Shown here: piece by piece, positions 17,543-29,025 of the stretch | Numbering within the stretch: position 1 is the first letter of the stretch | Layout: each line of letters opens with the position of its first letter | Assembly: GCA_000437395.1 (NCBI GenBank) | Contig: FR898166.1 | Location: 58,724 to 122,723 of the forward strand | DNA length: 64,000 nucleotides | Source of the DNA: Clostridium sp. CAG:288 | Lineage (GTDB): Bacteria > Bacillota_I > Bacilli_A > RFN20 > CAG-288 | Direction: 5' to 3' | Translations under genes and position numbers: made by a program | Notes under the pieces: generated by a model | Databases searched by the model: none | The model's input: the letters and a program-made list of their open reading frames with translations, nothing else | Told to the model about the DNA's origin: nothing

Positions 17543-20224
17543 TTATAAAGATGGTGGTGGTGGTGGTGGAAGTGGAATACTACTTGTGTCTTTGACACTA
17601 AGTTGTGGTTTTCCATCAGAATCCAAGGAAACTCTATATTCAGTAAAGAGTGAAGAGAAGACAATAACAAGATTGCCGTTATCATCTAACTCGAATGTAT
17701 ATGAAGTAATTATGGATTCGACTCCAGAAGCTGAGGTAGTCTTTAAACCAACTGAGTAACTCAATTCAGAAGTAAAGGCACCAAGTTCATATGAATTTGT
17801 ATCATCAGCAATTGTGAATGTTCCAAAGTACTTTGTGATATCAAATTCACGTTTTGTATAAGTTTCAACTGCATCGCCGTCAGTGATAGTTAAGACGCCT
17901 TCTTTGGTGTACGAAGCTGTGTATGATCCAAATTTGAGTGTATTTGCATCTTCACCAGCTGTGTAACTTGTAATAGTGTAAGTTGTGCCTTTATATCTGA
18001 CACTATCGTTTTGAATGGAAACTAAATCTGTTCCATCATTTAATTGATAGACACCAGCTGCTTCATGAATTTCTTCAACATAGTATTTGTTGCCGAAGAA
18101 TTCAGCGTAGTTGTCATGAACATAAACAAAGACGTTGTAGTTTGTTTTTGGTTCAACAAAGGAGAAAGCAAGTACATCATTACCATAATAGAACATAGTA
18201 TTGAATGAATATTCAGCTAATTCGTATTCGCCAGTAATGAAATTTCCATCACTATCTCTCTTAGAGGATGTGACAAATAAGTGACCATCAGCGGTTACTT
18301 TAATGTATTCAACACCTTGAGGACCATCATAACAATATGTTCCTACTAATTTAGAGTAATCTTCAATTCTTATGAAAGTTGAATCGACATTAGATGAAAT
18401 ATTATAGTCATCTGTAATTGAATATTGATAGACAGTTCCTAAAGCATCAACTGCTAAAATCTTAAAGGCTTTAGATGCTGCTGTAGCATTTTCATCAATT
18501 TGAACAAATAAGACTAATCCTAAGCCATCAACGAAGTCTAATAAGAAGTTAACTGGTGTACTTGTGCCATCTTTTACTAAAGCGATTGTTCCAGCATCTA
18601 AGTCAACTGTATAGCTGACATTGATACCATCGTCAGTCCAACTACCATTGAAGGCTTTTAAGACTGTTTGGGTAGCAAATACTTGAGTATTTTCACCATT
18701 TGTTAAGCAAATAACTCCATTTGCTAACATATAGATTGAGTAATTGCCAATTTGATAAATAACACATGAATTATCGGTATCATAAGTTAAGATAGCTGTG
18801 TCAATTAAATCTCCATCGAGATATAAAGCAGCATTTGAATCAATTGTAACTGTTGATTTAGAACCACCAATTAATGAAATGTATGTACCAGGGAGTTGAC
18901 TATTAAATGCATCTTTATTGATTAAGAAGGAAGTTGTATTTCCGTAAACAGCTTTTAAGGCAACACTTAGATATTGAATTGATAAAGTAAGTTCAACCCC
19001 GTCAACAGTAGCAGAGAAAACTAATTTTTTATCGACAACTTTAAATTGTCCTGTAACAGCTGCATCATCACCGATTTTAACTGTTTTGTTTTCACCATCT
19101 AATGTTAGTATTTTTCCGTTATAATACCACTCACCGTTAAATGATTCGTAATCAGCAGCAACTAATGTATCAGCTGTATCACCTAAAACAAGATCGAAGC
19201 CACCAATGAATGGAGCAACATAACCTTCTTTGTCACCAGAAGTAAGCTTGAATCTCCAACCGTGATCGTTGTAGAGTTCGAATGAATATTCTACTGAATT
19301 AATAACGATTTTTTTGTTCTCTTTATCGACTGTAACAGTAGAAGATCCGTTTTGACCAAGCCATTCACCAGCATAGTAAGAAACAGCTGGGTAGAAGAAT
19401 TCCATACCCCAATCGGTATCAAATAAACAAATATCGAATGTTGTATCTTCGGTTGGTTTTGCAGCGTAATATGTGCCAAATTCTTCAGATTCTTGTGTAT
19501 ATAAAGTAAATGTTTTTACATATGTATCGATATCTGAATAAGCAAAATATGGTTCAGCATAGTAATCTAATGATCCTGAAGAAGTAATGAATTTAGCTTT
19601 ATAAACTAAATAGTCATCGACATATTCGTCAGATACTACTATAGAGTAGTATTCTGAATACCAAGCACCGACAAATTCTTCAAACAAAGGAGTGAGTTCT
19701 TGAACGTCTTCCCAAGTTGTTGTACCACTTTGATATTGAAGATGTAAGAATGATTCGGCTTCGTGTGGTACGAAAGCTCTATAAAGCAAATCAGATGATT
19801 CATCTTTAAGAAGAACGACTTTTGTTGAATAGTCGCCTTCAAAACTCTTACTTGTAAATGTTTCACTTACAATATCAGTAACGACAAGTGGAGTTTCAAC
19901 TCCATTTTGAACTAAGACAGAATTATCTGTATCAATTTTTAAAACTGTGTTTGCATCGTTAAATGTTCCATAGACTTCTCCAAATTCTTCTTTTTCAAAG
20001 TGCTTAGCTGGAGCAAGTGAAGAACTGCTACTACTACTTGATGAGCTAGAAGAAGTTGAGTCACCTTTAGATGAGCTAATTGGAGAGGAAGAAATAACGC
20101 CGCCTGTTGATGAGCTTACTGGAGATGGTGGTGTGGATGTACTTGAAGATGTACCACTACCAGTATTACAACCAGTTAAAGCAGCAATAACAGGGAGTAA
20201 CACAAAAAGTTTAGATTTTTTCAT
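17543..20224 (-). CDS. large (893 aa) Ser-rich surface lipoprotein, function unknown
   Basis: Lipobox LTGC. About 60-aa poly-Ser/Thr tract. C-terminal PPPPPP is encoded by a (CCA)6 repeat, seen as (TGG)6 at about 17557-17575 on the plus strand. Confidence 0.7.
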   Translation of the reverse strand: MKKSKLFVLLPVIAALTGCNTGSGTSSSTSTPPSPVSSSTGGVISSSPISSSKGDSTSSSSSSSSSSSSLAPAKHFEKEEFGEVYGTFNDANTVLKIDTDNSVLVQNGVETPLVVTDIVSETFTSKSFEGDYSTKVVLLKDESSDLLYRAFVPHEAESFLHLQYQSGTTTWEDVQELTPLFEEFVGAWYSEYYSIVVSDEYVDDYLVYKAKFITSSGSLDYYAEPYFAYSDIDTYVKTFTLYTQESEEFGTYYAAKPTEDTTFDICLFDTDWGMEFFYPAVSYYAGEWLGQNGSSTVTVDKENKKIVINSVEYSFELYNDHGWRFKLTSGDKEGYVAPFIGGFDLVLGDTADTLVAADYESFNGEWYYNGKILTLDGENKTVKIGDDAAVTGQFKVVDKKLVFSATVDGVELTLSIQYLSVALKAVYGNTTSFLINKDAFNSQLPGTYISLIGGSKSTVTIDSNAALYLDGDLIDTAILTYDTDNSCVIYQIGNYSIYMLANGVICLTNGENTQVFATQTVLKAFNGSWTDDGINVSYTVDLDAGTIALVKDGTSTPVNFLLDFVDGLGLVLFVQIDENATAASKAFKILAVDALGTVYQYSITDDYNISSNVDSTFIRIEDYSKLVGTYCYDGPQGVEYIKVTADGHLFVTSSKRDSDGNFITGEYELAEYSFNTMFYYGNDVLAFSFVEPKTNYNVFVYVHDNYAEFFGNKYYVEEIHEAAGVYQLNDGTDLVSIQNDSVRYKGTTYTITSYTAGEDANTLKFGSYTASYTKEGVLTITDGDAVETYTKREFDITKYFGTFTIADDTNSYELGAFTSELSYSVGLKTTSASGVESIITSYTFELDDNGNLVIVFSSLFTEYRVSLDSDGKPQLSVKDTSSIPLPPPPPPSL

Positions 20225-20447
20225 ATATCTCTCTTTCTATCGAATTCTGATCAATTATAAAATTCGAATTTAATTTGCATTAAATATACAACAATAATTT
20301 ATCATATGCAATAAATATTTAAATGTTTTTTCAAGCTTAATAAAAAGTTACAATTTCGTTACATTTTGTTATGTAATATATTTATCTTTGCATTAATATA
20401 AATTAACATTTATACTTTATGTGAAGGAAGGAAAATATATTACTTTT

Positions 20448-22694
20448 ATGAACTCGGAAGTGAAAACTTATAATGTCATAGCTCCTTTTATTTTACATAA
20501 GAGAATATTGACTTTAAAAAATTCAAATATAAACATTAAGCTTTTTACCAAAGAATCTTTCTTTGAATTATTTTTAGGTTCGGTTGATAAATTGGATGTT
20601 TTAAACATATCTAAGCACGAAAATATTAGTTATAGTGAAAGTGCAATATATGCAGCTTATATGCCTTATATTAAAGATAATCCAACCCATGAAAAAACAA
20701 AAAAAATTAAACATATAAAAGATAATAATCCGCTAAGAATAAATTTTATAGCTCAAAAAACTTTTAGAAAGTATGAAACATATATATATGGATATAATCC
20801 AGAAGATGATAGAAATTTATACGAAGTTTTAAATCATTTTAAACTTAATAGTATTACAAAAGATTATTCATTTAACTTGCCTAAAATACCATATTATGAA
20901 TACAGTGATGCTAGAATTGAAATTGGTGAAGCATTTAATAGAATAGCTTCATTAATCGATGATGGTGTAGAAGAAAAAGATATATCAATTATTTGTTCTG
21001 AGACATATTTAGTATTATTTAACCTGTATGCCCACCTTTTTAATATTAAACTAAATTATAATAATCCAAATTTATTTCAAAATATCGATAGTGTTAAACT
21101 TTACACTGAATGCTTAGAAGGTAAAGAAATAAAAGATGAAAATTATAGCAATGAATACTCTCCATATATAGAAGCTATTAACGCTTTAAAAGAAAAAGGT
21201 TATTCCAATGATAGCATTGCAGAATTTATAAAAAAGTCTTTAAAATCATCTAAATTAGACAGAGGAAATAATGGTATAAAAGTATATACATCAATTAATA
21301 CAGCTAATCCAAATAAGTATTTATTTGTCGTTGGTTTTAGTGACGAAATTTTATCTTCTAAAAAAGATAACGAGTATTTAAGTGATATTGAAAAAGTTGA
21401 TGATACTGTTTTGCAAGCAAGTTATGAAGTAACTAATAATAAAAAGCAATTTTTTAAAATATTGCTAAGCGAAACAAAATCAGCTATTTTTTCTTACTCT
21501 GATAAAAATTCAATTAACGATTCAAAAAAGATAGATAATTTAAGTGAGTATAACGTAATTGAAATGGGAAAAGATATCCTTTCAACTAAAAGATATTCTC
21601 TTAAGTTTGATCGTTTGATTTTGGACTTATTTAAAGACGATGAAGGAAAATATGGATTAGTAAGTCCATTAAGCCAATATCTAGATAAAAAAATAGGCTC
21701 TGATTATGATACATACGAACCTAATTATAAGTCTGATAAAAATATAGTAACTGATGATCAAATAAAATTATCAAATACAAGTTCTACTCTTTACAACAAG
21801 TGTCCATTGGCTTATTTTTTCAAATATTATTTAAAAGTTAAAGATGATTCAAATTCTTATGCCTTTGATTTGGGCAATATTGCACATAAAGGTATTGAAG
21901 AAAATGTAATTATTGATGATTCAAATCTTGAACAATTTACTAATGACTACCAGTTTAATTATAAGAAATTATTTTATTTGAAAAAGATGTTGAAATCAAA
22001 TAAAGAAATGAGAAAAAATTTAAGCGAGTTTATTGCAAACTTTAAACCAGATTTTATTGAAGAACATGAAAAGAAGTTGGAAAGTAAAATAGACGACAAT
22101 ACAACATTAGAAGGAAAATTTGATTTAATACTAGCCAGTGATAAAGAGTATTTTGTAATTGATTTTAAATCAAGCCCAAAAGATTATAAAGAAGTTTTAA
22201 ATTACTTTGGTTTTGATAACCAACTTCAAATATATTTGTACCTGTTTAGTCAGCAAAACGAGGAATTAATTCCAATGGGTGCTGTTTATGCTCCTTTGTT
22301 TTCAAAGTCTTTAAAAAGTAAAAACGGAAAAGAATTTATTTATTCTGGATATGTTGTAAGTAAAGAATTGTTGACAGATATAGTTGGAGAAAACGAATTT
22401 AAAAAATACTTTAAGGGAACTAAAGCGCAAAGAGATTTTAATACTCTAAAAAAAGATCAAGAACACCTTGTTAAACTTTTAAAAAATACAAGTTCAAATA
22501 TAAGAAAAGGAATTTTTAAGTTTACTCCAATTAGATGTAAAGATACTAAAGATTTAAATTCATGTAAAAATTGCACATATAAGGACATGTGTTTTTATCA
22601 ATCGAAAGATTTGATATTTGTTGATCTTCCAGATGAACTAAAAAAATCTAAAAAAGAGAATTTATCAGAAATTGATGACGGAGGAAATGACTAA
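20448..22694 (+). CDS. addB: AddB/RexB-like nuclease subunit of the AddAB helicase-nuclease (compact form)
   Basis: C-terminal RecB-family nuclease with an Fe-S motif: the first Cys in CPLAYFFKYYLK and three Cys in CKDTKDLNSCKNCTYKDMC. It lies immediately upstream of addA and its stop overlaps the addA start. No Walker A is seen in the N-terminal part. Start uncertain: GTG at 20421 or ATG at 20448. Confidence 0.75.
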   Translation: MNSEVKTYNVIAPFILHKRILTLKNSNINIKLFTKESFFELFLGSVDKLDVLNISKHENISYSESAIYAAYMPYIKDNPTHEKTKKIKHIKDNNPLRINFIAQKTFRKYETYIYGYNPEDDRNLYEVLNHFKLNSITKDYSFNLPKIPYYEYSDARIEIGEAFNRIASLIDDGVEEKDISIICSETYLVLFNLYAHLFNIKLNYNNPNLFQNIDSVKLYTECLEGKEIKDENYSNEYSPYIEAINALKEKGYSNDSIAEFIKKSLKSSKLDRGNNGIKVYTSINTANPNKYLFVVGFSDEILSSKKDNEYLSDIEKVDDTVLQASYEVTNNKKQFFKILLSETKSAIFSYSDKNSINDSKKIDNLSEYNVIEMGKDILSTKRYSLKFDRLILDLFKDDEGKYGLVSPLSQYLDKKIGSDYDTYEPNYKSDKNIVTDDQIKLSNTSSTLYNKCPLAYFFKYYLKVKDDSNSYAFDLGNIAHKGIEENVIIDDSNLEQFTNDYQFNYKKLFYLKKMLKSNKEMRKNLSEFIANFKPDFIEEHEKKLESKIDDNTTLEGKFDLILASDKEYFVIDFKSSPKDYKEVLNYFGFDNQLQIYLYLFSQQNEELIPMGAVYAPLFSKSLKSKNGKEFIYSGYVVSKELLTDIVGENEFKKYFKGTKAQRDFNTLKKDQEHLVKLLKNTSSNIRKGIFKFTPIRCKDTKDLNSCKNCTYKDMCFYQSKDLIFVDLPDELKKSKKENLSEIDDGGND

Positions 22695-25600
22695 TGGGCT
22701 ATACACAAGCGCAACAAAAAGCAATAAATGCAAGAGGTCATAACTACGTCGTTTCAGCAGGAGCTGGTTCAGGTAAAACAACAGTTTTATCTGAAAGAGT
22801 TTTAAAGTTGTTAAATGATGGTGTCAAAATTAATAGAATGTTAATTCTTACTTTTACAAATAATGCTGCGGCCAACATGAAAGAAAGAATTAAGAAAATG
22901 ATGAAAAAGGAGCCTAAATTCCAAGATCAAATAAAACTTGTTGATGGCGCTGATATATCAACTTTTGATGCCTACAATCAAAAGTTAGTTAGAAAATATC
23001 GTGCTTATTTGGGCATAGAATCTGACTTTTCTATTGCTGAAGGATCTTATATTGCTGCTATAAAGAGAAAAATTATCGAAGAAATAATCGAAGAAAAATA
23101 CGCATTAAATGATTCTGATTTCTTAGAGTTATTAGATAGATATACAGTAGGCGATGACGAGTCTATAAAGAACTTGATTATCAGTATATATGATGCTATA
23201 TCAAAAACAATTGATCCATTTGCGTCTTTAGAAAAAGCTAAAGAATTAGCTAAAAATAAGAGTTCAGTTGAAAATGCTTATAAAGAAGTATTTAATGAAT
23301 TATCTATGTATGCAACAAAATGGAAAGAAGAATTAAAGAATAATGTTTACACTTCTTTAAAAGCACCTGAATATGTTGAAAAAGCTATAAACTTTATCGA
23401 TACTTTTGTCTTTGCACAAGATTATGATGAGTTCAGAAAAAATTTTTTGATCTCAGTAAATGCTAATCTAAAACCTAAAATAAATGCTAAATGCGATGAA
23501 TCAGAAAAGATATTTTTTAATATTTTAATAGAAAACTATTATAAAAAAATAAAAAAAATATGCGATTCTATACCAGATATCAATACTTATATAAGTATTT
23601 TTGATGATGAGCAAAAATATAAGTTGATTATTTTAAACTTAGTTGCTGAACTAAAAAATCGTTTAGATAACTATAAAAAAATTAATTCATATTTTGAATT
23701 TGATGATATTGCACTGATGGTTTTGAGTTTATTTAGAAATTATCCAGATATCGCTTTAGAAGTCAAAAATAGTTACGATGAAATAATGGTTGACGAATAT
23801 CAGGATAACTCTGATTTACAAGAATCTATCATTAATACATTAGAAAAAGACAATTTGTTTTTAGTTGGTGATGTTAAACAATCAATTTATTTATTTAGAA
23901 ACGCTAACCCAACTTTATTCATAAAGAGATATGAAGCATACAAAAATAACAATGGCGGAATAGCAATTGATATGAATGAAAATTTCCGTTCTTCTCCATG
24001 TGTAATAGATAGTGTTAATAATATTTTTAGCGACATTATGACTTTAGATTTTGGTGGAGCAGATTACGTTAAAGATCATATTATTATTTCTTCTAATCCA
24101 ATATATAAAAATATAAGTGGTTTGAAAAATAGAACATTGAATTATAATTGTGAGTTGAGCAGTCAAAAGCCAGAAATAGAAGCTACAATTATTGCTAAAA
24201 ATATTGTAAGTAGAATTAATTCAAACGAACAAATAGAAAATAGAAATATCAAATATAGCGATTTTGCTGTTATCATGGATAGAGGAAATGATTTTGATAC
24301 TTATGTTGAAGTTTTTAACAAATACGGAATACCTATTTATGTCGACAATGACCAAGATGTTTTTAACTTTTCAGTTATTGATGTAATAATTAATTTGTTT
24401 GTTTCATATAACGAGATTAAAAATAAAACCATTGATTCCAATAAGTTTAAACATTCATTAGTAAGCGTCGCACGTTCTTTCTTATTCTCAACAAGAGATG
24501 ATGTTATTTACGAAGCATTCAAGAAAGGAAGATACTCTGATTTAGAAGCTTATAATAAAGTGTTAGAAATTGTAGAATCTACAAAAGAATTAACAGTATA
24601 TGAAATATATTTGAAATTTATAATCGATTTAGATATAACAAGTAAAATAGGTACTTTAGCTAATCCAAGCGATAGTCTTACAATTTTAGAAATGTATTCT
24701 AACATTGTAAAAGGTCTTTCAAATATAGGTATTTCTATCGATGATTTTATTGATTATTTGGATGTAGTTAAATCTAATGGAATAAAGTTAAAGATGAAAT
24801 TTAATAACGATTCGAGTAACGCTGTTAAACTTCTAAATATTCATAAATCTAAGGGCTTAGAGTATAACTTTTGTTATTTTCCAGGAATATATAGGGAATA
24901 TCCAGAAAAAGATAGCAAACAACAATTCTTATTTTCAAAAAAATATGGTATTGCACTACCTTTAGTAGACGATGAAAGCAAAGAATCAATTTTTAAATAT
25001 TTAATTGATAAAAGTATTATTTTCGAAGGTAGATCAGAAAGAATTAGAACTTTATATGTCGCTTTAACTAGACCAAAATATTCATATGATTTCGTAGTTT
25101 GTAATAATGATATTAAGATTAAACCAAATATTAAAGAAGTCAAAAAATTTATAGATGTTTTAAACGTTCATTCTAATTTACTTAGTTTTGTCAAAGTTGA
25201 AGACGATATAGATATTGAAAATTCAAAAAAGCTTGTTAAAGAAGAATATAAAGACTTTGGATTTGAATATAAGACATTAGATGTTAAAAATGTTGAAAAA
25301 GAAAAAGTTAGAGCAAGCAAAAAGGGTAAACTTACAATTGACAAAGGTGCAATGGAATTTGGTACATTTGTTCACTCAATTGCCGAAAATATTGATTTTG
25401 CAAATCCAGATTATTCATATATCAAAAATGAAAAACTTAAAGAAGTTGCCCAAAACCTTGTAAACAATATAACAAGTTTAGGTTGCTTAGAGGGAATGTG
25501 TTATCATGAATATAGCTTCTATCTTGAAGAAACTGATACTTTAGGATCAATCGACTTGCTTATAGTTTTAAAAGATAGAGCTATAATTGTCGACTATAAG

Positions 25601-25750
25601 TTAAAGAATATCTCTGATGAGGCATATGTAAATCAATTAAGAGTATATTCTAATGCAGTAGAAAAAATATTTAGCTTAAAATCAGAGTGTTATTTATATT
25701 CTTTGTATGATGGGATTTTACAAAAGATTAATGTGGAGGATAAGAAATAA
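22694..25750 (+). CDS. addA: AddA ATP-dependent helicase/nuclease (UvrD-like SF1 helicase)
   Basis: Walker [11 protein letters not shown] near the N-terminus, UvrD-like motifs, 1018 aa, with a C-terminal nuclease region. Confidence 0.85.
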   Translation: MGYTQAQQKAINARGHNYVVSAGAGSGKTTVLSERVLKLLNDGVKINRMLILTFTNNAAANMKERIKKMMKKEPKFQDQIKLVDGADISTFDAYNQKLVRKYRAYLGIESDFSIAEGSYIAAIKRKIIEEIIEEKYALNDSDFLELLDRYTVGDDESIKNLIISIYDAISKTIDPFASLEKAKELAKNKSSVENAYKEVFNELSMYATKWKEELKNNVYTSLKAPEYVEKAINFIDTFVFAQDYDEFRKNFLISVNANLKPKINAKCDESEKIFFNILIENYYKKIKKICDSIPDINTYISIFDDEQKYKLIILNLVAELKNRLDNYKKINSYFEFDDIALMVLSLFRNYPDIALEVKNSYDEIMVDEYQDNSDLQESIINTLEKDNLFLVGDVKQSIYLFRNANPTLFIKRYEAYKNNNGGIAIDMNENFRSSPCVIDSVNNIFSDIMTLDFGGADYVKDHIIISSNPIYKNISGLKNRTLNYNCELSSQKPEIEATIIAKNIVSRINSNEQIENRNIKYSDFAVIMDRGNDFDTYVEVFNKYGIPIYVDNDQDVFNFSVIDVIINLFVSYNEIKNKTIDSNKFKHSLVSVARSFLFSTRDDVIYEAFKKGRYSDLEAYNKVLEIVESTKELTVYEIYLKFIIDLDITSKIGTLANPSDSLTILEMYSNIVKGLSNIGISIDDFIDYLDVVKSNGIKLKMKFNNDSSNAVKLLNIHKSKGLEYNFCYFPGIYREYPEKDSKQQFLFSKKYGIALPLVDDESKESIFKYLIDKSIIFEGRSERIRTLYVALTRPKYSYDFVVCNNDIKIKPNIKEVKKFIDVLNVHSNLLSFVKVEDDIDIENSKKLVKEEYKDFGFEYKTLDVKNVEKEKVRASKKGKLTIDKGAMEFGTFVHSIAENIDFANPDYSYIKNEKLKEVAQNLVNNITSLGCLEGMCYHEYSFYLEETDTLGSIDLLIVLKDRAIIVDYKLKNISDEAYVNQLRVYSNAVEKIFSLKSECYLYSLYDGILQKINVEDKK

Positions 25751-25752
25751 TT

Positions 25753-27000
25753 ATGATCGATGACAGAAAATTAAAAGAAGTTGATTATGAATTAGCTAAA
25801 GCTATTGAAGATGAAACAAGACGTCAGCAAGAGCATATAGAATTAATAGCAAGTGAAAACTACGTATCTGAGGCTGTTTTAGAGGCTCAAGGTTCAATTA
25901 TGACTAACAAGTATGCTGAAGGCTATCCAGGCCATAGATATTATGGTGGATGTGAATATGTCGATGTAGCTGAAAACCTTGCTAGGGATAGATTAAAAAA
26001 GTTATTTTCGGCTGCCTATGTTAACGTGCAACCTCATTCTGGTTCAGAAGCAAACTTAGCTGTTTATAGAGCACTTTTAAACCCTGGTGATAAAGTTTTA
26101 GGAATGTCTTTAGATCATGGTGGTCACTTAACTCATGGAAGTCCACTTTCGTTTAGCGGTCAAGACTATGAATGTCACTTTTATGGTTTAGATGAAAAAA
26201 CAGAGATGATTGATTATGATGAAGTAAGAAAAATCGCTCTTGAAATTAAGCCTAGAATGATAATTGCTGGTGCTTCAGCCTATCCTAGAAAAATTGACTT
26301 TAAAAAATTTAGAGAAATAGCTGATGAAGTCGGTGCATATTTATTTGTAGATATGGCGCATATTGCTGGCTTAGTTGCTGCAGGATTACATCAAAATCCA
26401 GTACCTTATGCCCACGTTGTGTCATCAACGACGCATAAAACTCTTAGAGGTCCACGAGGTGGGGTTATTTTAACAAACGATTTAGAATTAGGAAAAAGAA
26501 TAGATAAGATAGTTTTCCCAGGAGTTCAAGGTGGCCCACTTATGCATGTTATAGCTGCTAAAGCTGTTGCGTTTTATGAAGCCTTACAACCTGAGTTTAT
26601 AACTTATCAAAAACAAGTTATTGCTAATGCCAAAGCTTTAGCTAATAGACTTATTGAATTAGGTTATCACGTTATTTCTAACGGAACAGATAACCACCTT
26701 ATGCTTGTTGATGTTAAAAGCAAAACAAAACTAACGGGTAAGCAAGCTGAGAATATATTGCATAGCGTCAATATAACAGTTAATAAGAACTCTATTCCAA
26801 ACGATAAAGAAAAGCCATTTATTACTTCTGGAATAAGATTAGGATCTCCAGCGTGTACTACTCGTGGATTTAAAGAAGATGATATGATATTAGTAGCTGA
26901 TTTAATTGATAAGGCATTATCAGATCAATCGGAAAATAATTTAAAAGAAATTAAAGAGAAAGTATTAGAGCTTACTCATAAATATCCACTACCTTATTAG
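25753..27000 (+). CDS. glyA: serine hydroxymethyltransferase
   Basis: Highly conserved SHMT sequence: the PLP-lysine motif [12 protein letters not shown] plus LIASENY... and [14 protein letters not shown]. 415 aa. Confidence 0.95.
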   Translation: MIDDRKLKEVDYELAKAIEDETRRQQEHIELIASENYVSEAVLEAQGSIMTNKYAEGYPGHRYYGGCEYVDVAENLARDRLKKLFSAAYVNVQPHSGSEANLAVYRALLNPGDKVLGMSLDHGGHLTHGSPLSFSGQDYECHFYGLDEKTEMIDYDEVRKIALEIKPRMIIAGASAYPRKIDFKKFREIADEVGAYLFVDMAHIAGLVAAGLHQNPVPYAHVVSSTTHKTLRGPRGGVILTNDLELGKRIDKIVFPGVQGGPLMHVIAAKAVAFYEALQPEFITYQKQVIANAKALANRLIELGYHVISNGTDNHLMLVDVKSKTKLTGKQAENILHSVNITVNKNSIPNDKEKPFITSGIRLGSPACTTRGFKEDDMILVADLIDKALSDQSENNLKEIKEKVLELTHKYPLPY

Positions 27001-27087
27001 TTTAAATTGCAAAAAGGTGTGATTTACTGCAAAAGTAGCAAACACATCTTTTTTTGTGATAGATTTATTAACATGAAAGGGGTATCA

Positions 27088-28911
27088 ATGCGTATTTATA
27101 AATTTTTAACAACCTTCATAGCTTTGTTTATGTTAGCAAGTTGTGATGTAAATATTATTGTTAGCTCATCAACATCACATGATAGTTCAAATGTGAGTTC
27201 TTCAATAACTACTAGCGATAGTTCGACTAGTAGTAGTCAATTTTCAAGTAGCAGTCAAACTTCATCATCAAGTACTGTAACTTCGACTTCATCAAGTTCT
27301 TCAATAACTGATAGCGAAGGGTATGTCATTACGCCAGATGACTATTTTACAAATAAGCATTATATTGAAGATGAAAATAAAATGACTAGCTATGTAAAAA
27401 TTCCTTCAATGCCAGATAACTATCAAGAGTATAAAGGATTTAGGGCTTATGTTAGTGGGACAAAATTACCTTTATATAATGTTAAAGTTAATAGAAATCA
27501 CTATTTTTCTCCTAATAACTATAATAGGGCAGATTCAGCTGTTGGAATTATTAAACTTGAAGGTAAGACCACAGTTCAAGTTCAATGTCCATTTAAAATT
27601 TCAACAATTTCAATAAAACCTGTTGCTGCAAATATTAAAGCTACCATAGATAATGTATATAACGTTGCGTCGTTTGAAGTGTCAAGTTCAGGGCAATATA
27701 CAGTTGAAATTAATGGATCAACTGAATATGTTTTGCATCTATTTGTCGATGGGACAGAAGACGACTATAGTTCTTATAAAACTAATGCTATATATTTGGG
27801 AAAAGGCATTCACACTAAAGACAATAGCAATTATATAAATGATAATAATGAAATTGTATTGTCGTCCAATCAAACTTTATTTATTGATTATGGTGCAGTT
27901 GTAAGAGCTAAAATTGTCTCATATAACTCTACTAATGTTAAAGTTGTCGGTGGAGGAATAATAGATGGTTCTATTTTTGATCGTGATGCAAACGCTAATA
28001 CAAGAGCAATACCATTTGACTTTAGCTTTTGTAGCAACATCACTTTAAAAGGAATTACTTTCTTGGATCCTGCTGGTTGGTGCCTTAACATTTATTTTTG
28101 CGATACTGTTACTGTTAACAACGTTAAAATAATAACATCGAGAGCAAACGGTGATGGTATATCTTTACAATCAGTTAAAAATGCATATGTAGATAGATGT
28201 TTTGTAAGAACTTTTGATGACTCCATTGTAGTTAAGAATTATCCAAAATGGTCAAATAGAAATGAAGAAGGTACTACAAAAAATATCAACGTTTCAAATT
28301 GCTTGATATGGACAGATCTAGCCCAATCATTAGAAATAGGATATGAAACAGTCGGTGAAGTGATGGAAGATATAAAGTTTAAAAACATTACTGTCTTACA
28401 TAACTTCCATAAACCAGTATTATCAATTCATAATTCTAACAATGCTAACGTTAAAAATGTTACGTATGAAAACATCACTGTTGATGATGCTTCTATGGGC
28501 AAAGGCGATGGATATAGTGCTGTTATCGAGTTTAATTCAAAGTATTCAAGTACATGGTCGAACGTCCAAAAAACAACTAAATTAGGCAGTGTAGATAATG
28601 TTAAAGTTACTAACTTGCTAGTTCGTGGTACAAGTACTACTTATCCAATAATTATTGAAGGCGACAAGGAAAGTAGATCTGGATATGAACAAACAGAGCA
28701 CTATGTGTCTAATGTATATTTATTAGATATAAAATTTGGTGGAAAAACAATTAACGCTTTAAACACAAAAATTAATAAAAACGAATATACAAAAGGAATA
28801 TATCTTTTAGAACCTAGCGGTGAAGAAATAACAGGCGCAAATCTTTATCGTAATTTAGATGATAGCCAATTGGCTAATTATGGTAAAAATGTAAGCGTTT
28901 CCTTAATTTAA
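27088..28911 (+). CDS. surface lipoprotein with a Ser-rich linker and a right-handed beta-helix (pectin-lyase fold) glycoside hydrolase-like domain
   Basis: Lipobox LASC. Poly-Ser/Thr linker. Blocks SRANGDGISLQS ... CFVRTFDDSIVVKN ... WTDLAQSLEIGYET ... HNFHKPVLSIHN, with Asp pairs resembling GH28-type catalytic motifs. Start moved to ATG 27088 (AAAGGGG RBS, typical lipoprotein signal). Confidence 0.6.
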   Translation: MRIYKFLTTFIALFMLASCDVNIIVSSSTSHDSSNVSSSITTSDSSTSSSQFSSSSQTSSSSTVTSTSSSSSITDSEGYVITPDDYFTNKHYIEDENKMTSYVKIPSMPDNYQEYKGFRAYVSGTKLPLYNVKVNRNHYFSPNNYNRADSAVGIIKLEGKTTVQVQCPFKISTISIKPVAANIKATIDNVYNVASFEVSSSGQYTVEINGSTEYVLHLFVDGTEDDYSSYKTNAIYLGKGIHTKDNSNYINDNNEIVLSSNQTLFIDYGAVVRAKIVSYNSTNVKVVGGGIIDGSIFDRDANANTRAIPFDFSFCSNITLKGITFLDPAGWCLNIYFCDTVTVNNVKIITSRANGDGISLQSVKNAYVDRCFVRTFDDSIVVKNYPKWSNRNEEGTTKNINVSNCLIWTDLAQSLEIGYETVGEVMEDIKFKNITVLHNFHKPVLSIHNSNNANVKNVTYENITVDDASMGKGDGYSAVIEFNSKYSSTWSNVQKTTKLGSVDNVKVTNLLVRGTSTTYPIIIEGDKESRSGYEQTEHYVSNVYLLDIKFGGKTINALNTKINKNEYTKGIYLLEPSGEEITGANLYRNLDDSQLANYGKNVSVSLI

Positions 28912-29025
28912 TAAAAAACTAGCATGAAACGCCTTACATTTGCAGTAAATTCTACTATTCTTGCAGTTTTAAGGCGTTTCTTAGTTTGCATGATAAAAAT
29001 ATAATTTTGGTATAAGGAGGTAATT

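Noticed and set aside
17470-17685. 71-aa minus-strand ORF containing HHHHHH
   Set aside because: It is the (CCA)6/(TGG)6 repeat at the C-terminus of the large lipoprotein gene read in another frame, and it lies inside that gene.
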